In this document: in pieces, positions 47,750 to 56,947 of the stretch | Layout of the letters: every line of letters starts with the position of its first letter | How positions within the stretch are numbered: position 1 is the stretch's first letter | NCBI GenBank assembly: GCA_964553015.1 | Contig: CAZKJE010000002.1 | Span: 14,175-78,174 of the forward strand | Direction of reading: 5' to 3' | Source: an uncultured Candidatus Saccharibacteria bacterium | GTDB taxonomy: Bacteria; Patescibacteriota; Minisyncoccia; Phycocordibacterales; UBA9973 | Length of the DNA: 64,000 nt | The notes under the pieces: generated by a model | The model's database searches: none | What the model was told of the DNA's origin: nothing | What the model saw: the letters and a program-made list of their open reading frames with translations, nothing else | Position numbers and translations under genes: made by a program

Positions 47750-49957
47750 TTACTCGAAGTGAAACTCTCCGGCTTTGGTGCGGACTTTTTGTTTTAGGAG
47801 AGGATATTTACTTAGTTCGGGGTCAGATTCTATCATGCTAATAGCTTCAGTTCTAGCCGCTTCTACCATTTTTATATTTTTTATAGCTTCCATGCCGAGA
47901 TCAGTGATGCCCCACTGCTTTGTACCGCCAAGCTCTCCGGCGCCTCGGAGTGTGAGATCTAGCTCTGCCAATTCAAAACCATTTTTTGCAGTCTTGAGCG
48001 CTTTAAGGCGGTCTACGGTTTTTGCGCTTTTGGCTTCAGCAAAAATATAACAATATGCCTGATGCGAACTTCGGATCACCCGTCCGCGGAGCTGATGCAA
48101 TTGGGCCAATCCAAAACGCTCCGCACCTTCTATGATAATTATTGTCGCATTTGGAACATTCACTCCGACTTCTACCACGGACGTAGCGCATAAGATATGT
48201 ATCTTGCCTTCGGTAAATTCCTGCATTACCTCTTCTTTTTTTTCTCTGCTCATCTTGGAATGAAGTACGCCTATTTCATACTCTTTGAACACTCGCTCTT
48301 TTAATATTTTAGCTTCAGCTACGGCAGATTTTACATTTAAAGCCATTTCTTTTTCAGGATCAGGCTCAAAAATTCGCGGGCAGATGACGTAGAGCTGTCT
48401 ACCGGCCTCCAATTCTTTTCTGATTGCTTCGTAAGTGTTAGTCCTCTTGTCCGGAGTAATAATCTCTGTAATTATTTGTTTTCTTCCTACCGGCATTTCG
48501 TCTAAAAGCGACAGATCCAAATCTCCGTATATCGTGAGCGCGAGCGTGCGGGGGATAGGAGTTGCGGTCATGGATAGCAGGTGCGGAGCGATGTTATCTT
48601 TGCGCACTAACTTTCTTCTTTGTGCTGTGCCGAAGCGATGCTGTTCGTCTATCACCACAAGTGCAAGATTTTTAAATTTAACAGTTTTTTGAATGAGCGC
48701 ATGTGTACCGATAAGTATAGGTATCTCGCCGTTTCCGATCCATTTCAAAAGTTGTGCTCGGGAAATTGTTGTCCAGCTTGCCCCGTCCTTGGCGGGACCG
48801 ATTGTTTTTGATGGAAATTTTCTGCAGCCACTTCCAGTGATCAAGCCTATGTTTATCGGCAAATGCTTGAAATATTCTATGAAAGATTCAAAATGTTGCG
48901 TTGCTAATATTTCTGTCGGCGCCATGTATGCCACTTGCAAATTACCAAAATTTTGTGGTTTACCCTGGGTGTAATCGAAGGGCCTTTGCTGTACTGTCAC
49001 ATAGCTTGCAGTCGCAGCTACAGCAGTTTTACCGGAGCCGACATCGCCTTCGAGTAATCGCGACATCGGAAAATTCTTTGCCAGATCAGCAAGTATCGTT
49101 GCGATGGATTTTTCTTGTGATTTTGTCGGTTTAAAAGGGAAGCGCTTCAGAAATTCTTCTGCACTTTTCTTTTCAGGTTTTATTTGAAAAGATTTATTTT
49201 TTCTATATTCAAATTTATCATGCTGGCGTTCCAGCTGAATACAGAATACTTCTTCAAAAGCGAATCGTTTGCGTGCCGACTGCGCATCGGCTTTATTTTT
49301 CGGTTTGTGTATCCAAATAAGCGCGGTTTTCAGAGTAGGCAAATGATATTTTTTTAAAATTTCGGCCGGAATATAATCTTCAATATTATCCAAAGTTTTT
49401 TCTTTAAATATTTTTTCAATTGCGTGGTAAAACCATTTGGAAGTGATACCTCGCGTCTCCGCATAAATTGGATAAGACAGACCCTCCCCCAACCCCTCCC
49501 TTCGCAGGGCGGGGCTTTTAAATAATGTGTCGTGCGAATCTATCGGCATATTCGGCAATTTTTCAAATTCCGGATTAGCAAGATACATGCCATTTTTGCC
49601 TTGCGTGACTTTGCCCGTCAGCTTCACATTTTCGCCGTCATGGATCATTTTTGCCAAGTAAGTCTGATTGAACCATGTGATTTTTATTTTTCCAGATAAA
49701 TCTTCTATTTCGCCTTCGCCCATGGGCATTTTTGAACGAAATCCTTTTTTGGTTTTCAATTTTGAAACTTTGCCATATACAGTAGCCATATCTCCGGCAA
49801 CTAATTCAGCAATATTCTTTACCTCGCTGATATCGCTGTAGCGGACAGGGAAGTGAAACAAGAGATCAGCCACAGAAAAAATCTTGAGCTTATGCAAAGC
49901 CCTTTTCTGGCTTTCATCCAGCCTGAATTTTAGTTCAAGCTTATCGCTTAAATTCAT
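47750..49957 (-). CDS. recG: ATP-dependent DNA helicase RecG
   Basis: Wedge domain plus helicase motifs (GDVGSGKT, DEQHRFG). Start refined to MNLSDKLELKF, since the longer ORF overlaps pilA. Carries an in-frame GC-rich hairpin insert at 49481-49515. Confidence 0.85.
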   Translation of the reverse strand: MNLSDKLELKFRLDESQKRALHKLKIFSVADLLFHFPVRYSDISEVKNIAELVAGDMATVYGKVSKLKTKKGFRSKMPMGEGEIEDLSGKIKITWFNQTYLAKMIHDGENVKLTGKVTQGKNGMYLANPEFEKLPNMPIDSHDTLFKSPALRREGLGEGLSYPIYAETRGITSKWFYHAIEKIFKEKTLDNIEDYIPAEILKKYHLPTLKTALIWIHKPKNKADAQSARKRFAFEEVFCIQLERQHDKFEYRKNKSFQIKPEKKSAEEFLKRFPFKPTKSQEKSIATILADLAKNFPMSRLLEGDVGSGKTAVAATASYVTVQQRPFDYTQGKPQNFGNLQVAYMAPTEILATQHFESFIEYFKHLPINIGLITGSGCRKFPSKTIGPAKDGASWTTISRAQLLKWIGNGEIPILIGTHALIQKTVKFKNLALVVIDEQHRFGTAQRRKLVRKDNIAPHLLSMTATPIPRTLALTIYGDLDLSLLDEMPVGRKQIITEIITPDKRTNTYEAIRKELEAGRQLYVICPRIFEPDPEKEMALNVKSAVAEAKILKERVFKEYEIGVLHSKMSREKKEEVMQEFTEGKIHILCATSVVEVGVNVPNATIIIIEGAERFGLAQLHQLRGRVIRSSHQAYCYIFAEAKSAKTVDRLKALKTAKNGFELAELDLTLRGAGELGGTKQWGITDLGMEAIKNIKMVEAARTEAISMIESDPELSKYPLLKQKVRTKAGEFHFE

Positions 49958-49971
49958 AAAACCATTATACC

Positions 49972-50424
49972 CTATCTGGTCAGTGTAATAGATTGGCCAA
50001 GTTCCGCATTTGGAGCGGCTATAGTGTAGCGGCCATTTGAATCCACTAATACAGTGTATTGCGTGTCTGCCGCTGTTCCCGCAGTCAATCCAGCTCCGCC
50101 GGGGTCCATAGGAATTACTGAAGGAATATATGTAGGTACCAGGCAGCTCAAGTCCATATTCCCTGCGCCGGTTCCAATATTTTCGGCAGTGGAAGTTATG
50201 GTAACGCCGGCACAAGTAAATATACCTTTGTTATCGGCAAGATTTTGCCCGATTGCATTTAAAATAGTCTCGACGTTGCTAATGCGTTGGCTGTTTCTCG
50301 CCTGCGCAAACTGACGAGCGGGATTTATAGCTACTACCACGATAGATGCCAATATCGCGATAATACCGATCACAACTAAAATTTCAATAAGCGTGAAACC
50401 TCTTTTCCTCGCAACTTTTTTCAT
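49972..50424 (-). CDS. pilA: type IV major pilin (PilA-like)
   Basis: Canonical prepilin leader MKKVARKRG followed by FTLIEILVVIGIIAILA. 150 aa. Confidence 0.85.
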   Translation of the reverse strand: MKKVARKRGFTLIEILVVIGIIAILASIVVVAINPARQFAQARNSQRISNVETILNAIGQNLADNKGIFTCAGVTITSTAENIGTGAGNMDLSCLVPTYIPSVIPMDPGGAGLTAGTAADTQYTVLVDSNGRYTIAAPNAELGQSITLTR

Positions 50425-50562
50425 ATTTAATTTTTGAAAACATTAGAGAACGTCGACGTTAATATAATTATAATTTTACGCTTCAATAATTATCTTGTAA
50501 AGATAAAATGTTTATAACTTAATCAATTTTTCATTTCTATCTTTTTCTGGTATATTTCCTGT

Positions 50563-51273
50563 ATGGCAAAAAAGTCAAAACGAGGTAAACTCATAGTCAT
50601 AGATGGCACGGACGGCAGCGGAAAAGCGACACAGATAGGCCTCCTCATAAAACATCTAAAAAAAGACGGCAAAAAAGTAAAGCTTGTCGATTTTCCGGAA
50701 TACTATTCAAACTTTTTTGGCGCATTCATAGGGCATTGTCTTTCCGAGCAATATTATAATTTCGTAAAAGTGCATCCCAAAATTGCTTCCGTGCTTTACG
50801 CCGCAGACCGCTTTGAATCAAAAGATAAAATACAAAAATGGCTAGCAGAGGGAAACATCGTAATTGCAAACAGGTACGCGAGCGCGAATCAGATCCATCA
50901 GGGCGGAAAGATTGCTAATACACAAAAAAGAGAAAATTTTTTAAAATGGCTTGCCGAGATGGAGTACGAGGTCTTTAAAATTCCAAGGCCGGATGCAGTT
51001 TTTTATTTAAGCGTGCCGATCCCGATAGTTATGAAGCTGATAAAAGAAAGAAATAAGGAAAGTAGGCGCGCCTACCTCGGCAAGAAAAAAGATGTGGTGG
51101 AAAAAGATAAAAATTATATGGAAAATTCCAGAAAAAGCGCACTCTGGCTCGCCAAGACCCAGAGGGGCTGGATAAAAATTGAATGCCTAAAAAATAGCGA
51201 ACTAGAAAGCCGTGAAGTTATTCACGATAAGATTTATGAAAAAGTTAAAAATATTTTGCTTGCCCGTCCATAG
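50563..51273 (+). CDS. tmk: thymidylate (dTMP) kinase
   Basis: P-loop IDGTDGSGKAT. LID region present. Confidence 0.8.
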   Translation: MAKKSKRGKLIVIDGTDGSGKATQIGLLIKHLKKDGKKVKLVDFPEYYSNFFGAFIGHCLSEQYYNFVKVHPKIASVLYAADRFESKDKIQKWLAEGNIVIANRYASANQIHQGGKIANTQKRENFLKWLAEMEYEVFKIPRPDAVFYLSVPIPIVMKLIKERNKESRRAYLGKKKDVVEKDKNYMENSRKSALWLAKTQRGWIKIECLKNSELESREVIHDKIYEKVKNILLARP

Positions 51274-51299
51274 CTTTAGCGAAGGAGGGGAATAAACCA

Positions 51300-51722
51300 A
51301 TGAAAATCAAAGTTAAAAAATTAAAAGAAAATGCAAAGCTGCCTACATATCATCACCCCGGAGATGTGGGCATGGATTTGTATTCTATGGAAGAAGTGAC
51401 AGTAAAACCCGGAGAGCACTATCGTTTCTGGCATGGCTTTGCTCTTGAATTTCCGGAAGGCTATGCGGCTCTTATAATGGATAAAGGAAGTATTTCCAGG
51501 GCTGGATTTGCGCATATGGGCGGAGTATATGATGCAGGCTACAGAGGCGAATACAATACACTATTGGTAAATTTGTCCGATCAGCCGTATACTTTTGAAG
51601 TAGGTGATAAAGTTTCCCAGCTTGTCATCACGCCGGTAGAAATTGCAGAATTGGAAGAAACAGATACTTTGAGCGAGTCTGCTCGCGGGGAAGGTAAATT
51701 TGGAAGTACCGGAAGAAAATAA
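51300..51722 (+). CDS. dut: dUTP diphosphatase
   Basis: dUTPase motifs (AGYDL-like GMDLYS, GVYDAGYRGE, GKFGSTG). Confidence 0.85.
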   Translation: MKIKVKKLKENAKLPTYHHPGDVGMDLYSMEEVTVKPGEHYRFWHGFALEFPEGYAALIMDKGSISRAGFAHMGGVYDAGYRGEYNTLLVNLSDQPYTFEVGDKVSQLVITPVEIAELEETDTLSESARGEGKFGSTGRK

Positions 51723-51770
51723 GCGCCGCGCTTTAATTGACGATTACGCGGCATGATTTCGTAAAATCAT

Positions 51771-53486
51771 ATGCAAACCAGAATAAAAAATTTAATAAGA
51801 GATGCGCTGAAAAATCTCAACATTGAAGTGAGCGAAATTTCCCTGGAGCATCCGGAAGATTTGAAAAACGGGGATTATTCTACAAATGTTGCCCTAGCTA
51901 TTGCAAAAAATATGGGAGAAAAACCGAAACATCTTGCCGAAAAAATAGTAAAAGAATTAGAAAGATTAAATACAGACAAAAATATAGAAAAATTTCAAGT
52001 TGCAGGCGCTGGATTTATAAATTTTTATTTATCGCGCAGATATTTTGCCGGCAGCATAGAGGAAATTGTAAACAAAGGGGGTAATATCGGCAAAAACGAC
52101 GTGCTTTCTGGAAAAAAAATAATGGTGGAATACACCGACCCAAATCCTTTTAAGCCTTTTCATATAGGCCACCTCATGACAAATGCCATCGGTGAATCTT
52201 TGGCAAGAATCTTAGAACACTCGGGCGCCGAAATTTCCCGCGCAAATTATTATGGAGATGTGGGGTTGCATGTGGCAAAAGCGATCTACGGCCTATTAAA
52301 AGATACTGATCTTCAAAGCAAAGCAGGTTCACACAACGAACAGGCTTCTAATATAGGCAAAGCATACGTTCTCGGCGCGGAAGTCTATGATAGTAATGAT
52401 TTTTCTAAAAAAGACATTGATGAAATAAATAAAAAAATTTATGCTCGAAGCGACCAGGAAATAAATGACATATATGACTGGGGATATAAAGTGACGATGG
52501 AGGCGTTTGAAGATTTATATAAAATGCTTGGCACGAAGTTTGATTTTTATTTTCCAGAAAGCCAAATGGCGCCCATTGGTGAAGATATTGTTCGTGCTAA
52601 TGTTGGTAAAATTTTTGACAAATCGGACGGCGCTATTGTGTTTAAAGCTGAAAAACATGACCCAAAACTGCATACTAGAGTTTTTATAACCTCCCAGGGA
52701 CTACCTACTTACGAGACAAAAGAATTCGGGTTAACTGAAGAAAAATTTAAAACGGAGCCAGATATGGATATTTCTGTTGTGGTTACGGCAAACGAGCAGG
52801 CAGATTATATGAAAGTTGTTGCCAAAGCCATTTCTCTTATTAAACCCGAACATGAGAAAAAAATGCTGCATATAACTCACGGCATGATGCGCTTGGAAGG
52901 CGGCAAAATGAGTTCCAGAAAAGGAAATGTAGTAACGGGTGAATCTCTAATTCGCGATACCATAGCCCTCATAGGTGAAAAAATCAAAGATAAAGACTGG
53001 AATAATGCAGAAAAAAATAAAATTGCCGAGATTGTCGGCGTCGCAGCGATAAAATATTCCATACTTCGCTCCAGAGCGGGAAGTGATATTGTGTATAACG
53101 CCGAAGAATCAGTTTCCACCGAAGGGGACTCTGGTCCATACCTGCAATATTCCTATGCCCGCGCAAATTCTGTCTTAGAAAAAGCGCAAAAGGAAAACAT
53201 ACTGCCGGATTTTGAAAAATTGCCGGAAGAAATTTTTGAAATAGAAAAATTTCTGTACAAATTTCCAGAAGTTGTCCTGCGCTCTTCATCGCTGTATGAG
53301 CCGCATCATATTACAGGCTACTTAGTAGAAATCGCTCGCGCATTTAACAGTTTTTATGGCAACAATTTGATCGTAAAAAAAGAAGACGACACCTCTCCGT
53401 ACAAAGTCGCCCTGACGTACGCCTTTTCTTTTGTAATGAAAACCGGTCTGCACCTCCTCGGCATCGAAGCCCCGAAGCAAATGTAG
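51771..53486 (+). CDS. argS: arginine--tRNA ligase
   Basis: Class I HIGH (FHIGHLM) and KMSSRKG motifs. DALR anticodon-binding C-terminus. Confidence 0.85.
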   Translation: MQTRIKNLIRDALKNLNIEVSEISLEHPEDLKNGDYSTNVALAIAKNMGEKPKHLAEKIVKELERLNTDKNIEKFQVAGAGFINFYLSRRYFAGSIEEIVNKGGNIGKNDVLSGKKIMVEYTDPNPFKPFHIGHLMTNAIGESLARILEHSGAEISRANYYGDVGLHVAKAIYGLLKDTDLQSKAGSHNEQASNIGKAYVLGAEVYDSNDFSKKDIDEINKKIYARSDQEINDIYDWGYKVTMEAFEDLYKMLGTKFDFYFPESQMAPIGEDIVRANVGKIFDKSDGAIVFKAEKHDPKLHTRVFITSQGLPTYETKEFGLTEEKFKTEPDMDISVVVTANEQADYMKVVAKAISLIKPEHEKKMLHITHGMMRLEGGKMSSRKGNVVTGESLIRDTIALIGEKIKDKDWNNAEKNKIAEIVGVAAIKYSILRSRAGSDIVYNAEESVSTEGDSGPYLQYSYARANSVLEKAQKENILPDFEKLPEEIFEIEKFLYKFPEVVLRSSSLYEPHHITGYLVEIARAFNSFYGNNLIVKKEDDTSPYKVALTYAFSFVMKTGLHLLGIEAPKQM

Positions 53487-53544
53487 TAATTATCCCCCTT
53501 TTGTCTGGCTATTGTTTTCAATCCTGTTATTATTAAGGATAGTT

Positions 53545-55965
53545 ATGAATCTCCGGCAAAACTTGTCGATTTTATTTATTCTAGCTATTTTTTCGTTTCT
53601 AGTATTTTTAGGCAGTTTCCCTTCTCTGGTTTTTGCCACTGTGTATACAGGATCTACGGGTATTGTGTACTCAGATTTTGATGAGGTTGGGTTAGGGCCT
53701 CATGGCTTTAAGGATGTAATTGCGGAATGTCCTCCCGGCATTGGGGCAGTAAACTCTTTGAAAGATAATATTACTCTCGGCAGTGCTGCTTCCTGCAGCA
53801 ATTCGTATTTTTGGTTACAAAATAACATGGCCGTGAATGGTAACAATAACGACGAGCAGATTGCGGACGGGCATTACTGTATTTATGTAAATGGTGGAAA
53901 CCAGAGTGAATGTACGCATGGAGAATTTGATATAGTAAACGGTCTTCTTGTAGGTTCGCCTTGCTTAGAAAATTGTTTCTCAAATGTGCTTTTCTTGCCG
54001 GGGCTTGAATCAAGCCGTTTGTATACCCAAAGAACTGATGGCAGCGAAGACCAGCTCTGGGAGCCAAATGGCAATAGCGATGTTGAAGACATATATTTAA
54101 ATACAGACGGCACAAGCAAAAATCCTGATATTTACACACGAGATATTATTAAAGAAACAAATACGCCATTTCCATCAGGCTCTGCCGGCCAAAATATTTA
54201 TAAAAGCTTTTCCGACACTATGAATCAGCTTGTCGATGATTTTAAAATTGCGGACTGGCAACCTTACGCCTATGACTGGCGGCAAGATGTAAATGATATT
54301 GTGAATAACGGAACAAAATATCAGGATGGCAGTAAATCTCTCATTGAAACCCTGCAGTCGCTTGTCGATTCGTCAAAAAATGGAAAGGTGACAATAGTAG
54401 CTCACAGCAACGGCGGACTTTTAGCGAAAGCTCTGCTCAAAAAATTACAGAATGATAAAGCTGCCGGAATTAATAATTTAATTGATAGTGTAGATGTGTT
54501 GATTTTAGTCGCTGTTCCGGAAATAGGGACGGCAAAATCAGTGTCAGCAATACTGCATGGATACGATCAGCAAATATTGGGAGGTCTGCTCATGAATGAA
54601 ACTCATGTGCGCGAACTCGGCAGAAATATGAACGGAGCTTACGGACTTTTGCCAAGCCGGGAATATATAAATAGAGTGAGTGCGTCGCCGGCGACTTTCG
54701 TGGATACAGCGCTTCCTTCAAATGTCACAACTTCATTTGTGCAAAAATATGGGAATGTAATAGATTCGTATGCTGAATACAAAGATTTTCTCTTTGGCGC
54801 AGAAGGCAGGACAGATCCAGCGATAAGCCAAACAAATTTACCGATTAATTTATCTCAAAATTTATTTTCAAAAGCTGAAAATTTGCACGACAGCATAGAC
54901 AACTTTACTCCACCCACAAGCTTGCGAGTGATAGAAGTAGCCGGTTGGGGCTTGGACACGGTGGCGAGTTTTGAATACTATCCGAAAAAACAACAATGCG
55001 GGCAATTGATTTGTCCTTTCACTTTAGACGAAAGACCTCGTTTTACGTCGGATGGAGATAAAACTGTTGTGGTGCCGAGTGCACATTATATGAGCCTTGG
55101 CGGGGCGGAGAAATATTGGGTAAATCTTCCATTTTATAATGATGGATTAACGAAAAATAGAGAACATAAAGATATATTGGAAGTTGATCCAATTTTGAAT
55201 TTAATATCAAGTACAATTCAGAATTTGTCGTTAGATAATTCACCTTATTTATCTTCCGCGGCACCAACAGATTCTTCAAATCGTTTTCGAATTTCAATTC
55301 ACTCGCCCGTAACCATAGATGCATACGATGAAGAAGGAAATCACACCGGGAAAATTTGTCCTCAAAATTCTGACTTCTGTTATGCAGAAGAAAATATACT
55401 AAATAGCTCATATCTTGAATTCGGAGAAGGGAAGTACATTAATCTGCCAGAAGACCAAATGGCAAAAGTCATACTTCAGGGAACCGATATTGGAACTTTT
55501 ACCTATGAATCTGAAAAAGTTTTACCCGACGAAACATCAACCACTTCTTCCTTTATAGATATTCCAGTGACGACGCAGACACAAGGAGAAATAACGCTTG
55601 ATCAAGATGGTATGCCACAACTGGCATTAGACGTGACAGGAGATGGGGTTATTGATTTCAATATTTTACCAAATACTGCTTTTGACCCTGTTTTATATTT
55701 ACAGATCATGAAAACTACCATTGATTCCCTTGATTTAAACCAAGGCCAGATCAAAGCCTTTGATAATCGGGTTGATATCATAATTAAATCCATACAAGAA
55801 GGAAAATCTGACAACACTAAACTAAAAGCAGAGATATTCAAATCTGCTATTCAAAAGACATTATCTAAACCCGATTTGAAAACTCCAAAACCCAAAAAGT
55901 TATCTAAAACAGACGCACAATTATTGCTTGATATAATGAATAAATTATTAGATAATATTAGTTAA
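53545..55965 (+). CDS. secreted alpha/beta-hydrolase (PGAP1/LCAT-like lipase/esterase) with large C-terminal extension
   Basis: Start refined to MNLRQNL after AAGGA. Signal peptide. Nucleophile elbow VAHSNGG (GHSxG type). Confidence 0.55.
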   Translation: MNLRQNLSILFILAIFSFLVFLGSFPSLVFATVYTGSTGIVYSDFDEVGLGPHGFKDVIAECPPGIGAVNSLKDNITLGSAASCSNSYFWLQNNMAVNGNNNDEQIADGHYCIYVNGGNQSECTHGEFDIVNGLLVGSPCLENCFSNVLFLPGLESSRLYTQRTDGSEDQLWEPNGNSDVEDIYLNTDGTSKNPDIYTRDIIKETNTPFPSGSAGQNIYKSFSDTMNQLVDDFKIADWQPYAYDWRQDVNDIVNNGTKYQDGSKSLIETLQSLVDSSKNGKVTIVAHSNGGLLAKALLKKLQNDKAAGINNLIDSVDVLILVAVPEIGTAKSVSAILHGYDQQILGGLLMNETHVRELGRNMNGAYGLLPSREYINRVSASPATFVDTALPSNVTTSFVQKYGNVIDSYAEYKDFLFGAEGRTDPAISQTNLPINLSQNLFSKAENLHDSIDNFTPPTSLRVIEVAGWGLDTVASFEYYPKKQQCGQLICPFTLDERPRFTSDGDKTVVVPSAHYMSLGGAEKYWVNLPFYNDGLTKNREHKDILEVDPILNLISSTIQNLSLDNSPYLSSAAPTDSSNRFRISIHSPVTIDAYDEEGNHTGKICPQNSDFCYAEENILNSSYLEFGEGKYINLPEDQMAKVILQGTDIGTFTYESEKVLPDETSTTSSFIDIPVTTQTQGEITLDQDGMPQLALDVTGDGVIDFNILPNTAFDPVLYLQIMKTTIDSLDLNQGQIKAFDNRVDIIIKSIQEGKSDNTKLKAEIFKSAIQKTLSKPDLKTPKPKKLSKTDAQLLLDIMNKLLDNIS

Positions 55966-55966
55966 T

Positions 55967-56344
55967 ATGAAGAAAATTATTAGTTTGTCCTTGTTTATAT
56001 TATCCTTAGCAATATTCTTTTGGTTGTCATCTTATACTAATGAATGGCCATTTAATTACCATGTATCAGAATTTGTTAGCTACTTGTTTTATTGGAGTAG
56101 CGTGTTATTTATAGTAAGTCTACTAGCCTTAACTCTTAATCAAAAAAAATATAAAATTTGGCTTTTTGTAACTATTATTTATATTGCAATATCTGTTTTA
56201 ATTGCTTGGGCTACAGGAGATGGAAATGGTGCTATTGTAAGCTTTGACGGAGAATTAACTACATGGTTTTTAATAGGGTTGTATTCTTTAATTTCAATAA
56301 TTTATTTTATTGCTCAATTCTTCAAGGAAAACAAATCCAACTAA
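55967..56344 (+). CDS. small polytopic membrane protein, hypothetical
   Basis: 125 aa, 4 predicted TM helices. Confidence 0.5.
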   Translation: MKKIISLSLFILSLAIFFWLSSYTNEWPFNYHVSEFVSYLFYWSSVLFIVSLLALTLNQKKYKIWLFVTIIYIAISVLIAWATGDGNGAIVSFDGELTTWFLIGLYSLISIIYFIAQFFKENKSN

Positions 56345-56396
56345 TTACGTAGCAAATTACGTAATTAAATAATTACATAGAGCGGCGTTAGTTTTC

Positions 56397-56570
56397 TTAG
56401 TCGTCTCCTACGTGATCGTTATGGTCTATGGGCGTGATATCGTATGGTGATTTTGGTTTTTCGCCGGGTGGCGGTGGTTCGGGAAGAATACCTATTCGTA
56501 GTTCTTCCTGTATCTCTCGGAACGGCTTTCTCTGGGGAGTTGGTTCCCATTCTTCTTGGTGGTTTTTCAT
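56397..56570 (-). CDS. possible small leaderless ORF (57 aa, Pro-rich, acidic tail)
   Basis: On the minus strand the extended -10 TGCTATAAT lies 6 nt upstream of the internal ATG (MKNHQEEW...). No SD. Confidence 0.25.
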   Translation of the reverse strand: MKNHQEEWEPTPQRKPFREIQEELRIGILPEPPPPGEKPKSPYDITPIDHNDHVGDD

Positions 56571-56613
56571 GTTTTTATTATAGCACAAAAAGTTATGCAC
56601 TTTGGCAAGTACT

Positions 56614-56640
56614 TGACTTTGTTTATAGGTATATAATTAT
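56614..56640 (+). promoter_or_regulatory. promoter-like TTGACT ... TATATAAT upstream of a GC-rich structured region
   Basis: The sequence is ACTTGACTTTGTTTATAGGTATATAATTAT. Confidence 0.35.
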
Positions 56641-56883
56641 AGTGGAGTCAAATTGCACGCCTGAGTAGTTTGAAAGGAAATCCAAATGAGCTCTGAGTCA
56701 CGGTCACCCAATTTCCCAAGGCAGATGAAGCGGTATTGGTGGATGCGAAGGACACCACCGCCTCCATACCCCGTTCTCCGGCGCTTGCGCCTAGTGTTTC
56801 AGAACCACAACAGCGCAGTGTCACTTTCGGTCAAGGGAGTGATTCAGAGACATCTCGTGCGAGGCTAATCACTCCGCAGACCC

Positions 56884-56920
56884 GCGGGCACACCCGAGTG
56901 CCCGCTTCGTTTTTTCTTTT
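56884..56920 (+). terminator. intrinsic terminator 28 nt upstream of ileS
   Basis: GCGGGCAC-ACCCGA-GTGCCCGC hairpin followed by TTCGTTTTTTCTTTT. The extended -10 TGGTATATT at 56927-56935 follows. Confidence 0.6.
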
Positions 56921-56947
56921 GATATATGGTATATTTTCTTTACATAT

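Noticed and set aside
56640-56947. T-box riboswitch, or SRP RNA, for the GC-rich region upstream of ileS.
   Set aside because: No convincing T-box sequence (AGGGUGGNACCGCG) is positioned against the terminator. ileS has its own -10 downstream of the terminator. A 16/17-nt match to an E. coli 4.5S RNA segment (CCAAGGCAGAUGA-GCG) lacks the adjacent conserved GGAAGCAGCC of SRP domain IV, so it is treated as chance.
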